A DNA stretch of 64,000 bases from a virus (IMGVR_UViG_3300034069_002177:138738-202737); one strand, 5' to 3'; shown: positions 54,140 to 63,684, numbered from the stretch's first letter. Notes: a model not told the origin generated them from the sequence alone. Made by a program: numbers and translations.

Positions 54140-55351
54140 ATGAAGATTACAGCAGATCAGCAGGTCATCGATAAGAGCATCAAGGTAGTTGAAACCTATG
54201 CCGCCAAGGAAGGTTCGGGTGGTAGCATCAACAACCTTTCGTCCATCCTCATTAATGCGGATAAGGACACGAACACCGTCACGCTTACCGCCGAGAATGA
54301 ACTCTCTGCAACCCAGTATGTGATTTCCAGTGATGTCACCGTCGAAGAATCTGGTACCATCCTGGTGCCTGCCGCTCGACTAAAGATTGCTGTTTCGAAC
54401 GTAGCCGCAGGTGAAGAGGTCGAGTTGGAGGCAGATAACCTCAACCTCACCATTTCGTCAGGTCAGCGTAAACTTTCGCTTGGTCTTCTTGATGTGCATT
54501 CGACCCTTCTCCCTCGTATTGGTGAGACCGGTGATGCTTCTGCTGTATTCCAGTCTAGCGAGTTCGTCGCAGGCTTCAAGGGTGGTGCTTCGATTGCTGA
54601 TAACGGCAGTTCCAGCGTTTCCAGCAACGTGTACCTCGGTTTCGAGGGTAAGCGAGCACTTTTTGCCACCCGTATCGGTGCTGCTGTCAACCTCAAGTAC
54701 GTGGGCATTGAGAAGCTTGATGGCAGCATCGAGACTCTTGTCAACCGAAGCGCGCTCAACAACGCCATCGAGCAGATTGCTCAAGGGGATACCGTCGAGG
54801 TATCGCTAGCTGAGAACAAGAGTGACGTACATCTCGTTATCAAGGGCGAAGGCATCAATCGCCACATCCGTCTCGCCACTTCGGCGCACGATGTCAAGGC
54901 GTTCCAGGTTGACCTCATCAAGAACAACACCCTTTCCAGCGTCACTAAGTCGGTAGGCATCGTCACCGTCAACAAGCGTGACCTTATCGCCACCTTGCGG
55001 GCTGCTGACGCCATCGCCGCCCTCAACGGCAAGACGGAGGTTCGTGACATCAAGATTGCAGTAGCTAAGGGTGGTATCACCATCAGCGTCAAGGATCGCG
55101 CCGGGTTCGAGGATGTCGTTGATATCAAGAGCCTTGTGGGAGAGCCTGCATCGCTTCTGTTCCGCTGGAATCAGTTCACCAACCTGTTCGAGTCATACCC
55201 CGCAGACCGCGACGAACTCATCATCGCCTTCATCCCGCGTGAGGGTAACATCATCCGTTCTATCGCTCTAATCGATGATGAGAACTTCGCTCCCGGCGAT
55301 GACGCATCTAACCTGACTTATGTTGCTATGGCAGCCGCAAGTCAGCCGTAA
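54140..55351 (+). CDS. dnaN: DNA polymerase III beta sliding clamp (divergent)
   Basis: MKITAD..LSSILINA..VTLTAENEL..VEESGTILVPA; three-domain periodicity; about 400 aa. Confidence 0.85.
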   Translation: MKITADQQVIDKSIKVVETYAAKEGSGGSINNLSSILINADKDTNTVTLTAENELSATQYVISSDVTVEESGTILVPAARLKIAVSNVAAGEEVELEADNLNLTISSGQRKLSLGLLDVHSTLLPRIGETGDASAVFQSSEFVAGFKGGASIADNGSSSVSSNVYLGFEGKRALFATRIGAAVNLKYVGIEKLDGSIETLVNRSALNNAIEQIAQGDTVEVSLAENKSDVHLVIKGEGINRHIRLATSAHDVKAFQVDLIKNNTLSSVTKSVGIVTVNKRDLIATLRAADAIAALNGKTEVRDIKIAVAKGGITISVKDRAGFEDVVDIKSLVGEPASLLFRWNQFTNLFESYPADRDELIIAFIPREGNIIRSIALIDDENFAPGDDASNLTYVAMAAASQP

Positions 55352-55405
55352 AGCCCCTCCGATGCAGTATAATTAGACAAAACCAAAACGAAAGAAAAAA
55401 CGACA

Positions 55406-56299
55406 ATGAGTATTCTAAACAACGTTCCTGCTGCCTTCCGTGGACCTATCATGGGCAACGCAGACGCCATCATCAGCGCAGTAGTTCCTCAGTATGCAGA
55501 CGGCGCATCTGTTGATGATGTTGTCCACTTTATCAGTGGTGCAATTCGTCACCAGGCTCGTATTGCTATCAACAAGGATGGTCAGCCCCTTGGCGAGGGA
55601 AAGAGCAACACATTCAAGGCTGTCATCGACCGCGTAGAGATTTTCGAACGTCGGGGAGACCAGAACTTCCTCGTGGGCAAGAAGGCAAAGATTCACCTGA
55701 AGGCGAAGAATGCTGGTGGTGACACCGAGGACCAGAGCATCGACACTGAGTGGATTGAATACCACGCCGGTCGCCGCGAAGATGAGGTTTTCGGTATTGC
55801 GCTCGCAAACACAATCGTCAAGGTAGCAGAAGCCAATAAGGGCAAGGAAGTCTTTGTTAGCAAGGGATTCATTACCGGTGTAACCACCTCTAAGGGCGGA
55901 AGCTCGGTTCGTTTCTGTGCAAACATCGTTCCTGCTAACGGAGCTACGGGTGGCGGTGAAGATGCTGGTTCTCGCTCTAACTCTTCTTCTGGTTCCAGTT
56001 CATCTTCTTCCAACAGCAAGCCTCTCGCATCCAAGGATGAAATCGCTGATTTCATTGAAGACATCAAGGATGACCGTGATGCCAATAAGCTCTTTGGAAA
56101 GCTCGATGACAAGCAGCAGCGTGAGATTCCCCGCGTTGTTCTTAGTGGACTAGCCGCTGGTAACCCCGTCGCGTACATCAGCAAGGCGTTGGAGACTTTG
56201 GAAATTGAAATTTCTCGCGATGAGATTGCGGACATTATCGACGGCAAAAGCAAGGAAAAGGACTTCGACTTGTTCTTCCTCATCAGTGAGGCTGTCTAA
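55406..56299 (+). CDS. Hypothetical protein, possible OB-fold, co-transcribed with the nuclease
   Basis: TATAAT at 55368-55373. A beta-beta-beta-alpha-beta-beta pattern in the N-half, a Ser/Gly linker and a helical acidic C-domain. Confidence 0.7.
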   Translation: MSILNNVPAAFRGPIMGNADAIISAVVPQYADGASVDDVVHFISGAIRHQARIAINKDGQPLGEGKSNTFKAVIDRVEIFERRGDQNFLVGKKAKIHLKAKNAGGDTEDQSIDTEWIEYHAGRREDEVFGIALANTIVKVAEANKGKEVFVSKGFITGVTTSKGGSSVRFCANIVPANGATGGGEDAGSRSNSSSGSSSSSSNSKPLASKDEIADFIEDIKDDRDANKLFGKLDDKQQREIPRVVLSGLAAGNPVAYISKALETLEIEISRDEIADIIDGKSKEKDFDLFFLISEAV

Positions 56300-56301
56300 T
56301 A

Positions 56302-57354
56302 ATGACCGTTACAATCTCTCGCGAGCAAATCGAAGCAGAGGTTGACAAGGTACTTCCTTCCGAAAGTGCTGGTGTTGTAGTCGAACTTCCCGAAGAGTGG
56401 GTAAAGAGCTTCAACGCCAAATCTCGAAGCGAGAGCCCTTCGTCAATTGTTTCCTACCTACAGTGCCCTTTGCGCTGGTTCGTGGACCGTCACGCGCCGT
56501 TCGAGCGCATCAAGTCTCCTACTCGTTGGACGGTGCTTGGAACGTTCGTGCACCGTGTTCTGGAAGTTTTCTACTCCGAGCCTGCACATCTTCGTAGTCA
56601 GAAATTGCTCATGGAAACTTATGAGTATGCCTATGAACTTCTGGAAAAGAACGACACCGAAGATGGACTCATTGACAAGTCTTTGGCTGAGGACTACCAG
56701 ATTACTTTAGAGAGCGACAAGTATGGACGTGCCAGCGTTCAGAAGTACATGCGTACTCGCTCACGCGAAATTGTAGAGGGGTACCTAGATAACTTCGAGC
56801 CCGACCCCGAAGAAGTCGAAGTCATTTCAAATGAAACATGGGTTCGTGGAGAAATCAACGGCGTCAAGATTCAGGGTAAGATCGACCGCGTTATCCCTGA
56901 TGATGAAGATGGCGAAATCATTGAGGACTACAAGACAGGAAAGACTGTCGGAATCACCTCTGACTTCAAAGGTCCGCGAGTATTCGAAAAGACACTCATC
57001 CCGGCTGGTATCTATGCCTGGCTGCGCATGGAGATGACTCGTAAGGAGCTTCTACCTTCTAAGGTGACTTCCGTACGTTTGCTCTACATCGGCGCGTCTC
57101 CTGAGCCTGAGAGCGTTTCCATCAACGTCAACGACAACACCGTCGAGCGTATCCGTAGCCTTATCAGCGCAATTACGCTGGATATGGATGCTATGGTGAA
57201 CAAGGACAAGGAAATTCTTGCAATCGCGGCTCCCAAGAATGGTGACCGGCGTGGATACTGCGAGTATTGCCCTATCCTCAAGGATTGTCCGGCATGGACA
57301 AACAGTGATTCACTTGATGACATTGTAGCCAACTATACTGTTCTCAAGCGATAA
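56302..57354 (+). CDS. PD-(D/E)XK nuclease of the RecB/AddB/Cas4-like type with an Fe-S staple
   Basis: SPSSI..YLQCP, GTFVHRVLE, GKIDRV..IEDYKTG, C-terminal CEYCPILKDC. Confidence 0.88.
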   Translation: MTVTISREQIEAEVDKVLPSESAGVVVELPEEWVKSFNAKSRSESPSSIVSYLQCPLRWFVDRHAPFERIKSPTRWTVLGTFVHRVLEVFYSEPAHLRSQKLLMETYEYAYELLEKNDTEDGLIDKSLAEDYQITLESDKYGRASVQKYMRTRSREIVEGYLDNFEPDPEEVEVISNETWVRGEINGVKIQGKIDRVIPDDEDGEIIEDYKTGKTVGITSDFKGPRVFEKTLIPAGIYAWLRMEMTRKELLPSKVTSVRLLYIGASPEPESVSINVNDNTVERIRSLISAITLDMDAMVNKDKEILAIAAPKNGDRRGYCEYCPILKDCPAWTNSDSLDDIVANYTVLKR

Positions 57355-57365
57355 GGAGTTTCGGA

Positions 57366-58073
57366 GTGGTTGCAGTACGCACATGTGGTTACAACGGTTG
57401 TGGTAACCCGGTAAGAGAGGGCGAACTACGTTGCTATCGGCACAAGGATGTCGAGGCTCACGCTAGTAACCCTTTGAAGTCTGCAAGCGCTTCTGATTCT
57501 ACTTTCATTCGTGAGCAGTGGCATTCGCTCAAAGAACTTTCCTTCCTCGTGAACCGCAAGGCTCCGGGAGCTATGACGATGAATGAGCGCCAGGCTGAGT
57601 TTCTCGCTGTTGCTTCGAAGATGGATCTAAAAACGGCTGGTCGTGTTGCCGATGCTAGCGAAATCATCAATCAAAGACGCCCGGAACTGAATACTCCCGC
57701 GTTTGTGGCTCAGAATCTGATGGGTCTTATTGGTGAGTTCACCAACGATTTGGAAGAGTCTGGTATCGACCCGAAACGCATCAGTCGGTTGCAGATGTGG
57801 AATGCTACTCGACGTATTGGCAACGGAAGACTTGACAACTCGGCTGATGTAGGGCATGTTGTTCTCGTAATGGACCGGGGCGAACCAAGAGAGTCCACGA
57901 TGGACGTAGGAATTTCGATGTTTGCGCCGGTAGCCGATCCGAATAGACCAGTTGCCGATCAGTACGATACCAAGTATTCCCCGTTTGGTTACGCTCCGCT
58001 GATTAGCACGGTTGATACTTACAAGCAAGAACGGTATCTATGGTTCCAGCACTTCCGGTATTTGGATTCCTAA
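57366..58073 (+). CDS. Hypothetical protein with N-terminal CCCH zinc knuckle
   Basis: AAGGAG RBS; C-x4-C-x10-C-x2-H (CGYNGCGNPVREGELRCYRH). Confidence 0.75.
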   Translation: MVAVRTCGYNGCGNPVREGELRCYRHKDVEAHASNPLKSASASDSTFIREQWHSLKELSFLVNRKAPGAMTMNERQAEFLAVASKMDLKTAGRVADASEIINQRRPELNTPAFVAQNLMGLIGEFTNDLEESGIDPKRISRLQMWNATRRIGNGRLDNSADVGHVVLVMDRGEPRESTMDVGISMFAPVADPNRPVADQYDTKYSPFGYAPLISTVDTYKQERYLWFQHFRYLDS

Positions 58074-58136
58074 GAAATAGAGCCACAGCAGCAAATGGGC
58101 TGCTAGATTAATGAACTGACAAGAAAGAACAAGCAA

Positions 58137-60260
58137 ATGGCAGAACCAACGTATGACGCAAATAGTCTACAAAAGCTCGACCCGATTGACCACATCCGTA
58201 AGCGTCTTCCGATGTACTTGGGAGACAACACGGGAGAGGGCGGACTTTCTACCGCTCTTCGAGAAATCATTGACAACTCTCAGGATGAGTTTCTCAACGG
58301 TCATGGCAAGAAGATTACGATTACGTTCTTCGAAGATGGTTCTGCCGAAGTTCAGGACCAAGGTCGAGGAATTCCAACTGGAATCAACAAGGCTACCGGC
58401 GAAAATGGTATCGTCTTGGCGCTTGCCAACGTTGGTGCGGGTGGAAAGTTCGGCGTTGAAGGTGGCGGCTACGGCGGTGGCTCTGGTGGTCTAAACGGTG
58501 TCGGTACGACAGCCAGTAACGCCATCAGCCAGCGTTTCGATGTTACTGTGTACCAGAACGGAAAAGAACATAAGATTTCATTCCGTCAAGGTAAGCCTGG
58601 TAAGTTCGCTATCGATAACGACCCGTTCTCCAAGTTTTCGCCTTCTAAGGACTTGGTTGTCAAGCCTGACCCTCGCACCGCTAAGGACAAGAAAGAACGT
58701 CCTACGGGCACCACAATCCGTATGTGGGCTGATTCAGACCTATTCATGCCTGTGGAAATCGTCAATGCAGAAGGCGAGACCGTAGAGGTACCTGCATCAT
58801 TCGACGTGGAAACGCTAAAGTTCCGAATGAAGTCAACTGCGTTCCTACTTCCTGGTCTTTGTATCGAATTCAATGACTTCCGCGATCCCAATAATCATGT
58901 CGTTGACGTTTACGAGTTCGACGGCGGTATCGCTGAGATGCTTGAAACAATCACACACGAACAGCCGTTGATGAAGCCCGTCCATTTCATGTCCGAAGGT
59001 AACTTCACAGAAAAGGCTGCAATTGCTGACGCCAACGGCAAGATTACTACCGGTCAGGTTGATCGACATGTAGACATCGATGTTGCGTTCGAATACGTCA
59101 ACGGCTATGACACGATCATGAAGTCATTCGTGAACATCATCAATACCAAGCATGGTGGAACACATGAGTCCGGTTTCTACCGAGCTATGAGTCGTATCAT
59201 TATCGACAACATCAAGAATGGTCGAGGTCTCCTCAAGCCCAAAGAGGAGCCACCGATTCTCGAAGATGTCAAGGATGGTCTAGTCGCAATTGTTTCTATC
59301 AAGTTCCCTGAACCTCAGTTCACTGGTCAGGAGAAGTCGGCGCTCGGAACGACTGCTATTACTTCGCTACTTTCCCAGGAAATCGGAAATCAGCTAAAGT
59401 CGTTCCTAGAAGACAAGAAGAACGCTGCCACAGCTAAGATCATTTACACCAAGGTAATCGAAGCTGCTCGTGTTCGTTTAGCACAGCGTCAACTCAAAGA
59501 GGTAGCGCGCCGTAAAACGGCTCTTGATAGCGCATCAATGCCCGCTAAGCTCACCGACTGTGAGTATGTCGGTGTTGGCTCCGATAGCGAACTTCTCATT
59601 GTAGAAGGTGACTCGGCTGGTGGTCAGATGAAGCTTGCCCGCGACTCGGGACACCAGGCGTTGCTTCCCATTCGAGGTAAGATTCTAAACTCTCAAAAAG
59701 TGTCGATTGCTGACGCTCTCAAGAACAACGAGATTTCCGAGATTATTCAGGTCATTGGTGCAGGTATGGGTAAGAGTTTCGACCCAGCGCTTATGCGTTA
59801 CGACCGAGTTGTCATCGCCGCAGACGCTGACGTGGATGGGTCTCACATCCGAACCCTACTCATCGCATTATTCGCACGATTCATGCGTCCTCTTATCGTA
59901 GAAGGTCGCCTCTATACCGCAGTTCCTCCGTTGTTTGTCGTTAAGACTCTGGGTAAAAATCCAGAGACCATTTACGTACAAAATGACGAGGAACTCGTCA
60001 AGGTACAGAAACGTCTAGCCGTCGAAAAGAAACAGATTCGTATGCCAATCGAACGCTTCAAGGGTCTTGGTGAAATGGAAGACTACGAACTGTGGGATAC
60101 TACGCTCGACCCCGCAAAAAGAACTCTTCGACGCATTACGATGAACGATATCGAGAAGGCGGAGGACATGCTCGACCTAGCAATGGGTAACGATGTCGCA
60201 CCGCGTAAGGACTGGATCATCAATTCCAGTGACAGCTTCGACCGTTCCATCCTCGACTAA
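58137..60260 (+). CDS. parE: Type IIA topoisomerase subunit B (GyrB/ParE family; Topo IV-like)
   Basis: GHKL motifs EIIDNSQDE, DQGRGIP, GGKF, GGLNGVG; TOPRIM motifs EGDSA, PIRGKILN, DADVDG, RFKGLGEM. Extended -10 TGC-TAGATT at 58101-58109. Confidence 0.93.
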   Translation: MAEPTYDANSLQKLDPIDHIRKRLPMYLGDNTGEGGLSTALREIIDNSQDEFLNGHGKKITITFFEDGSAEVQDQGRGIPTGINKATGENGIVLALANVGAGGKFGVEGGGYGGGSGGLNGVGTTASNAISQRFDVTVYQNGKEHKISFRQGKPGKFAIDNDPFSKFSPSKDLVVKPDPRTAKDKKERPTGTTIRMWADSDLFMPVEIVNAEGETVEVPASFDVETLKFRMKSTAFLLPGLCIEFNDFRDPNNHVVDVYEFDGGIAEMLETITHEQPLMKPVHFMSEGNFTEKAAIADANGKITTGQVDRHVDIDVAFEYVNGYDTIMKSFVNIINTKHGGTHESGFYRAMSRIIIDNIKNGRGLLKPKEEPPILEDVKDGLVAIVSIKFPEPQFTGQEKSALGTTAITSLLSQEIGNQLKSFLEDKKNAATAKIIYTKVIEAARVRLAQRQLKEVARRKTALDSASMPAKLTDCEYVGVGSDSELLIVEGDSAGGQMKLARDSGHQALLPIRGKILNSQKVSIADALKNNEISEIIQVIGAGMGKSFDPALMRYDRVVIAADADVDGSHIRTLLIALFARFMRPLIVEGRLYTAVPPLFVVKTLGKNPETIYVQNDEELVKVQKRLAVEKKQIRMPIERFKGLGEMEDYELWDTTLDPAKRTLRRITMNDIEKAEDMLDLAMGNDVAPRKDWIINSSDSFDRSILD

Positions 60261-60285
60261 AACTTCAAGAAAGAGAAAACACAAA

Positions 60286-62733
60286 ATGGCTACACGCAGA
60301 AAACAAACCAAAAAGGAACAAGGCTCCGTTAGCTTCGCTAGCGCCGCCGCTCATATCGATGAGGCTGATGTTGCGGAAGAGATGGAAACATCCTTCCTTG
60401 AATACGCTTACTCCGTCATTACCGACCGCGCTCTCGTGGATGCTCGTGATGGATTGAAGCCAGTTCACCGCCGTATCATTTACAGCATGTTCGACAGTGG
60501 ACTGTACCCTGAGAGAGCCTACGTAAAGGCTGCACAGGTTGTCGGTGAAGTAATGGGTAAGTACCACCCTCACGGCGATTCTTCCATCTATAGCTCTCTT
60601 GTGGGTATCACACAGGACTTCAACATGATGTTGCCTCTTGCTGACGGCAAGGGCAACTGGGGTTCGACCGATGATGGTCCTGCTGCCCCTCGATACACCG
60701 AGACGCGTCTTGATTCCAACGCTATGTTGCTTGCCGGTGAGCTAAAAGAGAAGGTCGTTGACACCGTATTCAACTACGACGGCTCGCGCGAAATCCCTGA
60801 CGTTCTTCCCGTGCAATACCCGAACACACTCATCAATGGTCAGAGTGGAATCGCCGTAGGTATGGCAACAAAGATGCCTACCCACAACCCCGGTGAAGTG
60901 ATGGACGCTGCACGTTGGCTACTCACTCACCCGAATGCAGACCTTGACAAGCTGATGGAATTCATTCCCGGACCAGACTTCCCGACAGGTGGAACTATCG
61001 TTGGTGTTGACAGGATTCGCGAGGCATATGAGACAGGTCGCGGTGCCATTAAGATTCGCGGACACGCTGAAATCGAATCTGGTGATCGTGGTAAGAGCCA
61101 AGTTGTCGTCACTGAGCTTCCTTATGGTGTTGGCGCGGAAAAAATCATTGCTAAAGCCGTCGAGTTAGTACGCGATCAGAAACTTCTCGGCGTCTCGAAC
61201 ATCAAGAACCTCACTGACCGCCGTCAGGGAATGCGTATCGTTTTCGTTGTCAAGGCTGGTGTAAATCCGAACGTTGTTTTGAATGCGCTGTTCTCGATGA
61301 CCGATTTGGAATCGACATTCGCCATCAACAACACGTGTTTGGTGAACGGTCAGCCCCAGACTCTAGGGTTGAAGTCCCTTCTTCAGATCTTCCTCGATCA
61401 CCGCCTTGACGTAGTAATGCGTCGCAGCATTAACCGTCGCTCTGAGCGTGAAAAGAGTCTTCACCGCGTTGAGGGTCTGTTGAAGGCGCTTGTGGACATC
61501 GATAAGGTCATCAAGATTATTCGTAGTGCCGAAGATACCGAGACTGCCAAGACCAATCTTGTCAAGCAGTTCAAAGTGGACGAGATCCAAGCCGAGTACA
61601 TTCTCGGTATCCAGCTACGCTCACTAACTAAGTTCGATCAGATCAAGCTATCTGCTGACCGCGACCGGCTCAAAGGTGAGATTGCAGAACTCACTGAAAT
61701 CATTGACAATGATTCGGTACTTCGCAAGCTTGTCGGTGATGAGCTTACTGCTGCCAAGAAGCTGATTGATCGCCCTCGGTCTTCAGTTATTCTCGGCGGT
61801 AACATTGCTGAGCACATCGAAGAAGCCAAGACTGTTGCTCAGTCTATGACGCTCGAAGTAGAAGACGCTGCTGTAGAGGTCGCTGTATTTGCTGATGGCT
61901 CTGTACGTCGGGTGGATGCCGGTACAAAGATCAAGTCGTTCTCTAAGGGTGGCAAGTTGTCTACCGTCGTAGATACAATTCCAGCCCGCACTCGTGGGAA
62001 AATTGTTCTTGTATCCAACAAGGGTCGGGGCTTCCGTATCGATACTCTCCATGTTGCTGACAAGCCAACTGATGCCAAGTCACTCATCTCCTTGGAAAAG
62101 GATGAACGCATCATCGCTCTGGCTCCTGTGGAGGATAAAGAGGTCGATGCCAATAGCACCTCTGGTATTGGGTTCTTCTTCGCTACCAAAAACGGTACTG
62201 TGAAAATCACCAAGCCTGACTACCCCAAGCGCTCTGATGAGTTCAACCTCTTCCCCGTTGAAAATGGCGATGAGATTGTCACTGCAAGATGGGTTGAAAG
62301 TCTTGAGGGTGCCGAAGTTGCACTTATCACTACCGATTCGTCACTGCTTCGTTTCCCTGCGGAGAAGGTGTCTCGCCAAGGATTCACTGGTGGCGGTGTG
62401 GCTGGTATCAAGCTAGGGGAGGATACACACGTACTAGCAGCTACCCTGCTGACCTCTCTGGAAGTCGAGAAGGCTGTCGTCGTTACTTCTACCGGTCAGT
62501 CCGTCAAGGTTAGTCCGTTCAATCTATATCCACCTAAGGGTAGGGCTACCGGAGGCGTTCGGTCACACCGTTTTGTCAAGGGAGAAGAGTCTCTGTCCGC
62601 TGCGGGAATCGTAGTAGATCCGGTTGTTGTTGATGACAGTGGTAGTAAAATCGAGCTTCCTGCTGTAGACTCAAAACGTGATAACGCGGGTACTAAAATG
62701 GATGTCAAAATCGACTTCATTGGCTGTGCATAA
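60286..62733 (+). CDS. parC: Type IIA topoisomerase subunit A (GyrA/ParC family; no GyrA-box seen, so Topo IV-like)
   Basis: DARDGLKPVHRR, YHPHGD, catalytic APRYTE, GIAVGMAT, GPDFPTGG, C-terminal beta-pinwheel blades (QGFTGGGVAGI, KGRATGGV). ATG 60286. Confidence 0.93.
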   Translation: MATRRKQTKKEQGSVSFASAAAHIDEADVAEEMETSFLEYAYSVITDRALVDARDGLKPVHRRIIYSMFDSGLYPERAYVKAAQVVGEVMGKYHPHGDSSIYSSLVGITQDFNMMLPLADGKGNWGSTDDGPAAPRYTETRLDSNAMLLAGELKEKVVDTVFNYDGSREIPDVLPVQYPNTLINGQSGIAVGMATKMPTHNPGEVMDAARWLLTHPNADLDKLMEFIPGPDFPTGGTIVGVDRIREAYETGRGAIKIRGHAEIESGDRGKSQVVVTELPYGVGAEKIIAKAVELVRDQKLLGVSNIKNLTDRRQGMRIVFVVKAGVNPNVVLNALFSMTDLESTFAINNTCLVNGQPQTLGLKSLLQIFLDHRLDVVMRRSINRRSEREKSLHRVEGLLKALVDIDKVIKIIRSAEDTETAKTNLVKQFKVDEIQAEYILGIQLRSLTKFDQIKLSADRDRLKGEIAELTEIIDNDSVLRKLVGDELTAAKKLIDRPRSSVILGGNIAEHIEEAKTVAQSMTLEVEDAAVEVAVFADGSVRRVDAGTKIKSFSKGGKLSTVVDTIPARTRGKIVLVSNKGRGFRIDTLHVADKPTDAKSLISLEKDERIIALAPVEDKEVDANSTSGIGFFFATKNGTVKITKPDYPKRSDEFNLFPVENGDEIVTARWVESLEGAEVALITTDSSLLRFPAEKVSRQGFTGGGVAGIKLGEDTHVLAATLLTSLEVEKAVVVTSTGQSVKVSPFNLYPPKGRATGGVRSHRFVKGEESLSAAGIVVDPVVVDDSGSKIELPAVDSKRDNAGTKMDVKIDFIGCA

Positions 62734-62763
62734 GCTTGGAATTATCGCTACGTAAAAGCTAGG

Positions 62764-62793
62764 TTGACTTAATCAAAATAGCAGTGGTAAGAT
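62764..62793 (+). promoter_or_regulatory. Housekeeping-sigma promoter
   Basis: TTGACT-18 bp-TAAGAT with extended -10 (TGG). Confidence 0.65.
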
Positions 62794-62817
62794 AGAACCC
62801 TAGCGAAAGAAAGCCAA

Positions 62818-63684
62818 ATGCCTTTTACCCCAGAACCTCTAACCGCCGACGAACAGAAGATTTACGACGAGATTAACATTGGTGCCAATGCTCATCACAA
62901 AACGCATGGCGCGGGCATTGTTGTTGCAAAAGATGACAACAACGTCACCATCGAAATCGTGAACTCCGTGAGTTCGTCAGCTAGCAGTAGAAGTTTCAGG
63001 ACTCTCATCGAGAATGAGGAAGAGCGTGAGCGAGATGTCACTAAAGACCGCGCCAACACAATGGTCATCAAGGTTCCCAAGAAGATCATTGTGGATGAAT
63101 TCGGTGCTTGGAAGATTGATAAGACCTTCGGTCGCGTTCTTCTGAATACCGTCACAAGCTATCTTGAAGAGACACCCTCGTTCGTGAACTTTGATGAGAT
63201 TCCGAATACCATCGAGGTCGGTGCATTCTCTCGTCGTATCAAGGAACTTCGAGCCGTCAACTACAACGACACCGACTCACTCATGCAACATGTTGCTCAG
63301 TGCCTCGATAATGCAGTGTTCACCTGGGCTCGTGAAGTTTCACGAGTGCCGGTCGAAGAGCAGCAGGAAGCATACCAGGAAGCATTAGATCACCTTGGTA
63401 AGGATGCATGGAGAAATATCTTCCACGTCCACGCTCGCAATACGGACTCTGAGCGCCGTGTCGTGGAGAGCATGCTTCTCAACATCACCAATAAATCTGT
63501 CGAGGATATCTTCGACTATCAGGCTCGTCGCCAAGCCGCTATCAAGCTCTCTGACGCCATCGAAAACCGTGCCGCAGTAGTTCTTCGCTCCTACATCGAG
63601 AACCAATTCGAAATCGTTTCTAAAGAAAACGAGCCTCTCGGCATCGACATGAAAACGCAGAAGTCAGAAAAAGCGTATAGCTAA
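62818..63684 (+). CDS. Hypothetical protein with an N-terminal Tudor/SH3-like segment
   Basis: GANAHHKTHGAGIVVAKDDNNVTIEI followed by a helical domain; has its own promoter. Confidence 0.75.
   Translation: MPFTPEPLTADEQKIYDEINIGANAHHKTHGAGIVVAKDDNNVTIEIVNSVSSSASSRSFRTLIENEEERERDVTKDRANTMVIKVPKKIIVDEFGAWKIDKTFGRVLLNTVTSYLEETPSFVNFDEIPNTIEVGAFSRRIKELRAVNYNDTDSLMQHVAQCLDNAVFTWAREVSRVPVEEQQEAYQEALDHLGKDAWRNIFHVHARNTDSERRVVESMLLNITNKSVEDIFDYQARRQAAIKLSDAIENRAAVVLRSYIENQFEIVSKENEPLGIDMKTQKSEKAYS

Noticed and set aside
56302-57354. Cas4-like nuclease as part of a CRISPR-Cas locus
   Set aside because: No cas1/cas2 or other cas genes, and no repeat-spacer array seen anywhere in the window.
30335-62733. 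Inteins in DnaE, DnaB, the helicases or the topoisomerase
   Set aside because: Conserved motifs are contiguous, lengths are normal, and no C/S...HN-C/S/T splice junctions or LAGLIDADG blocks were seen.
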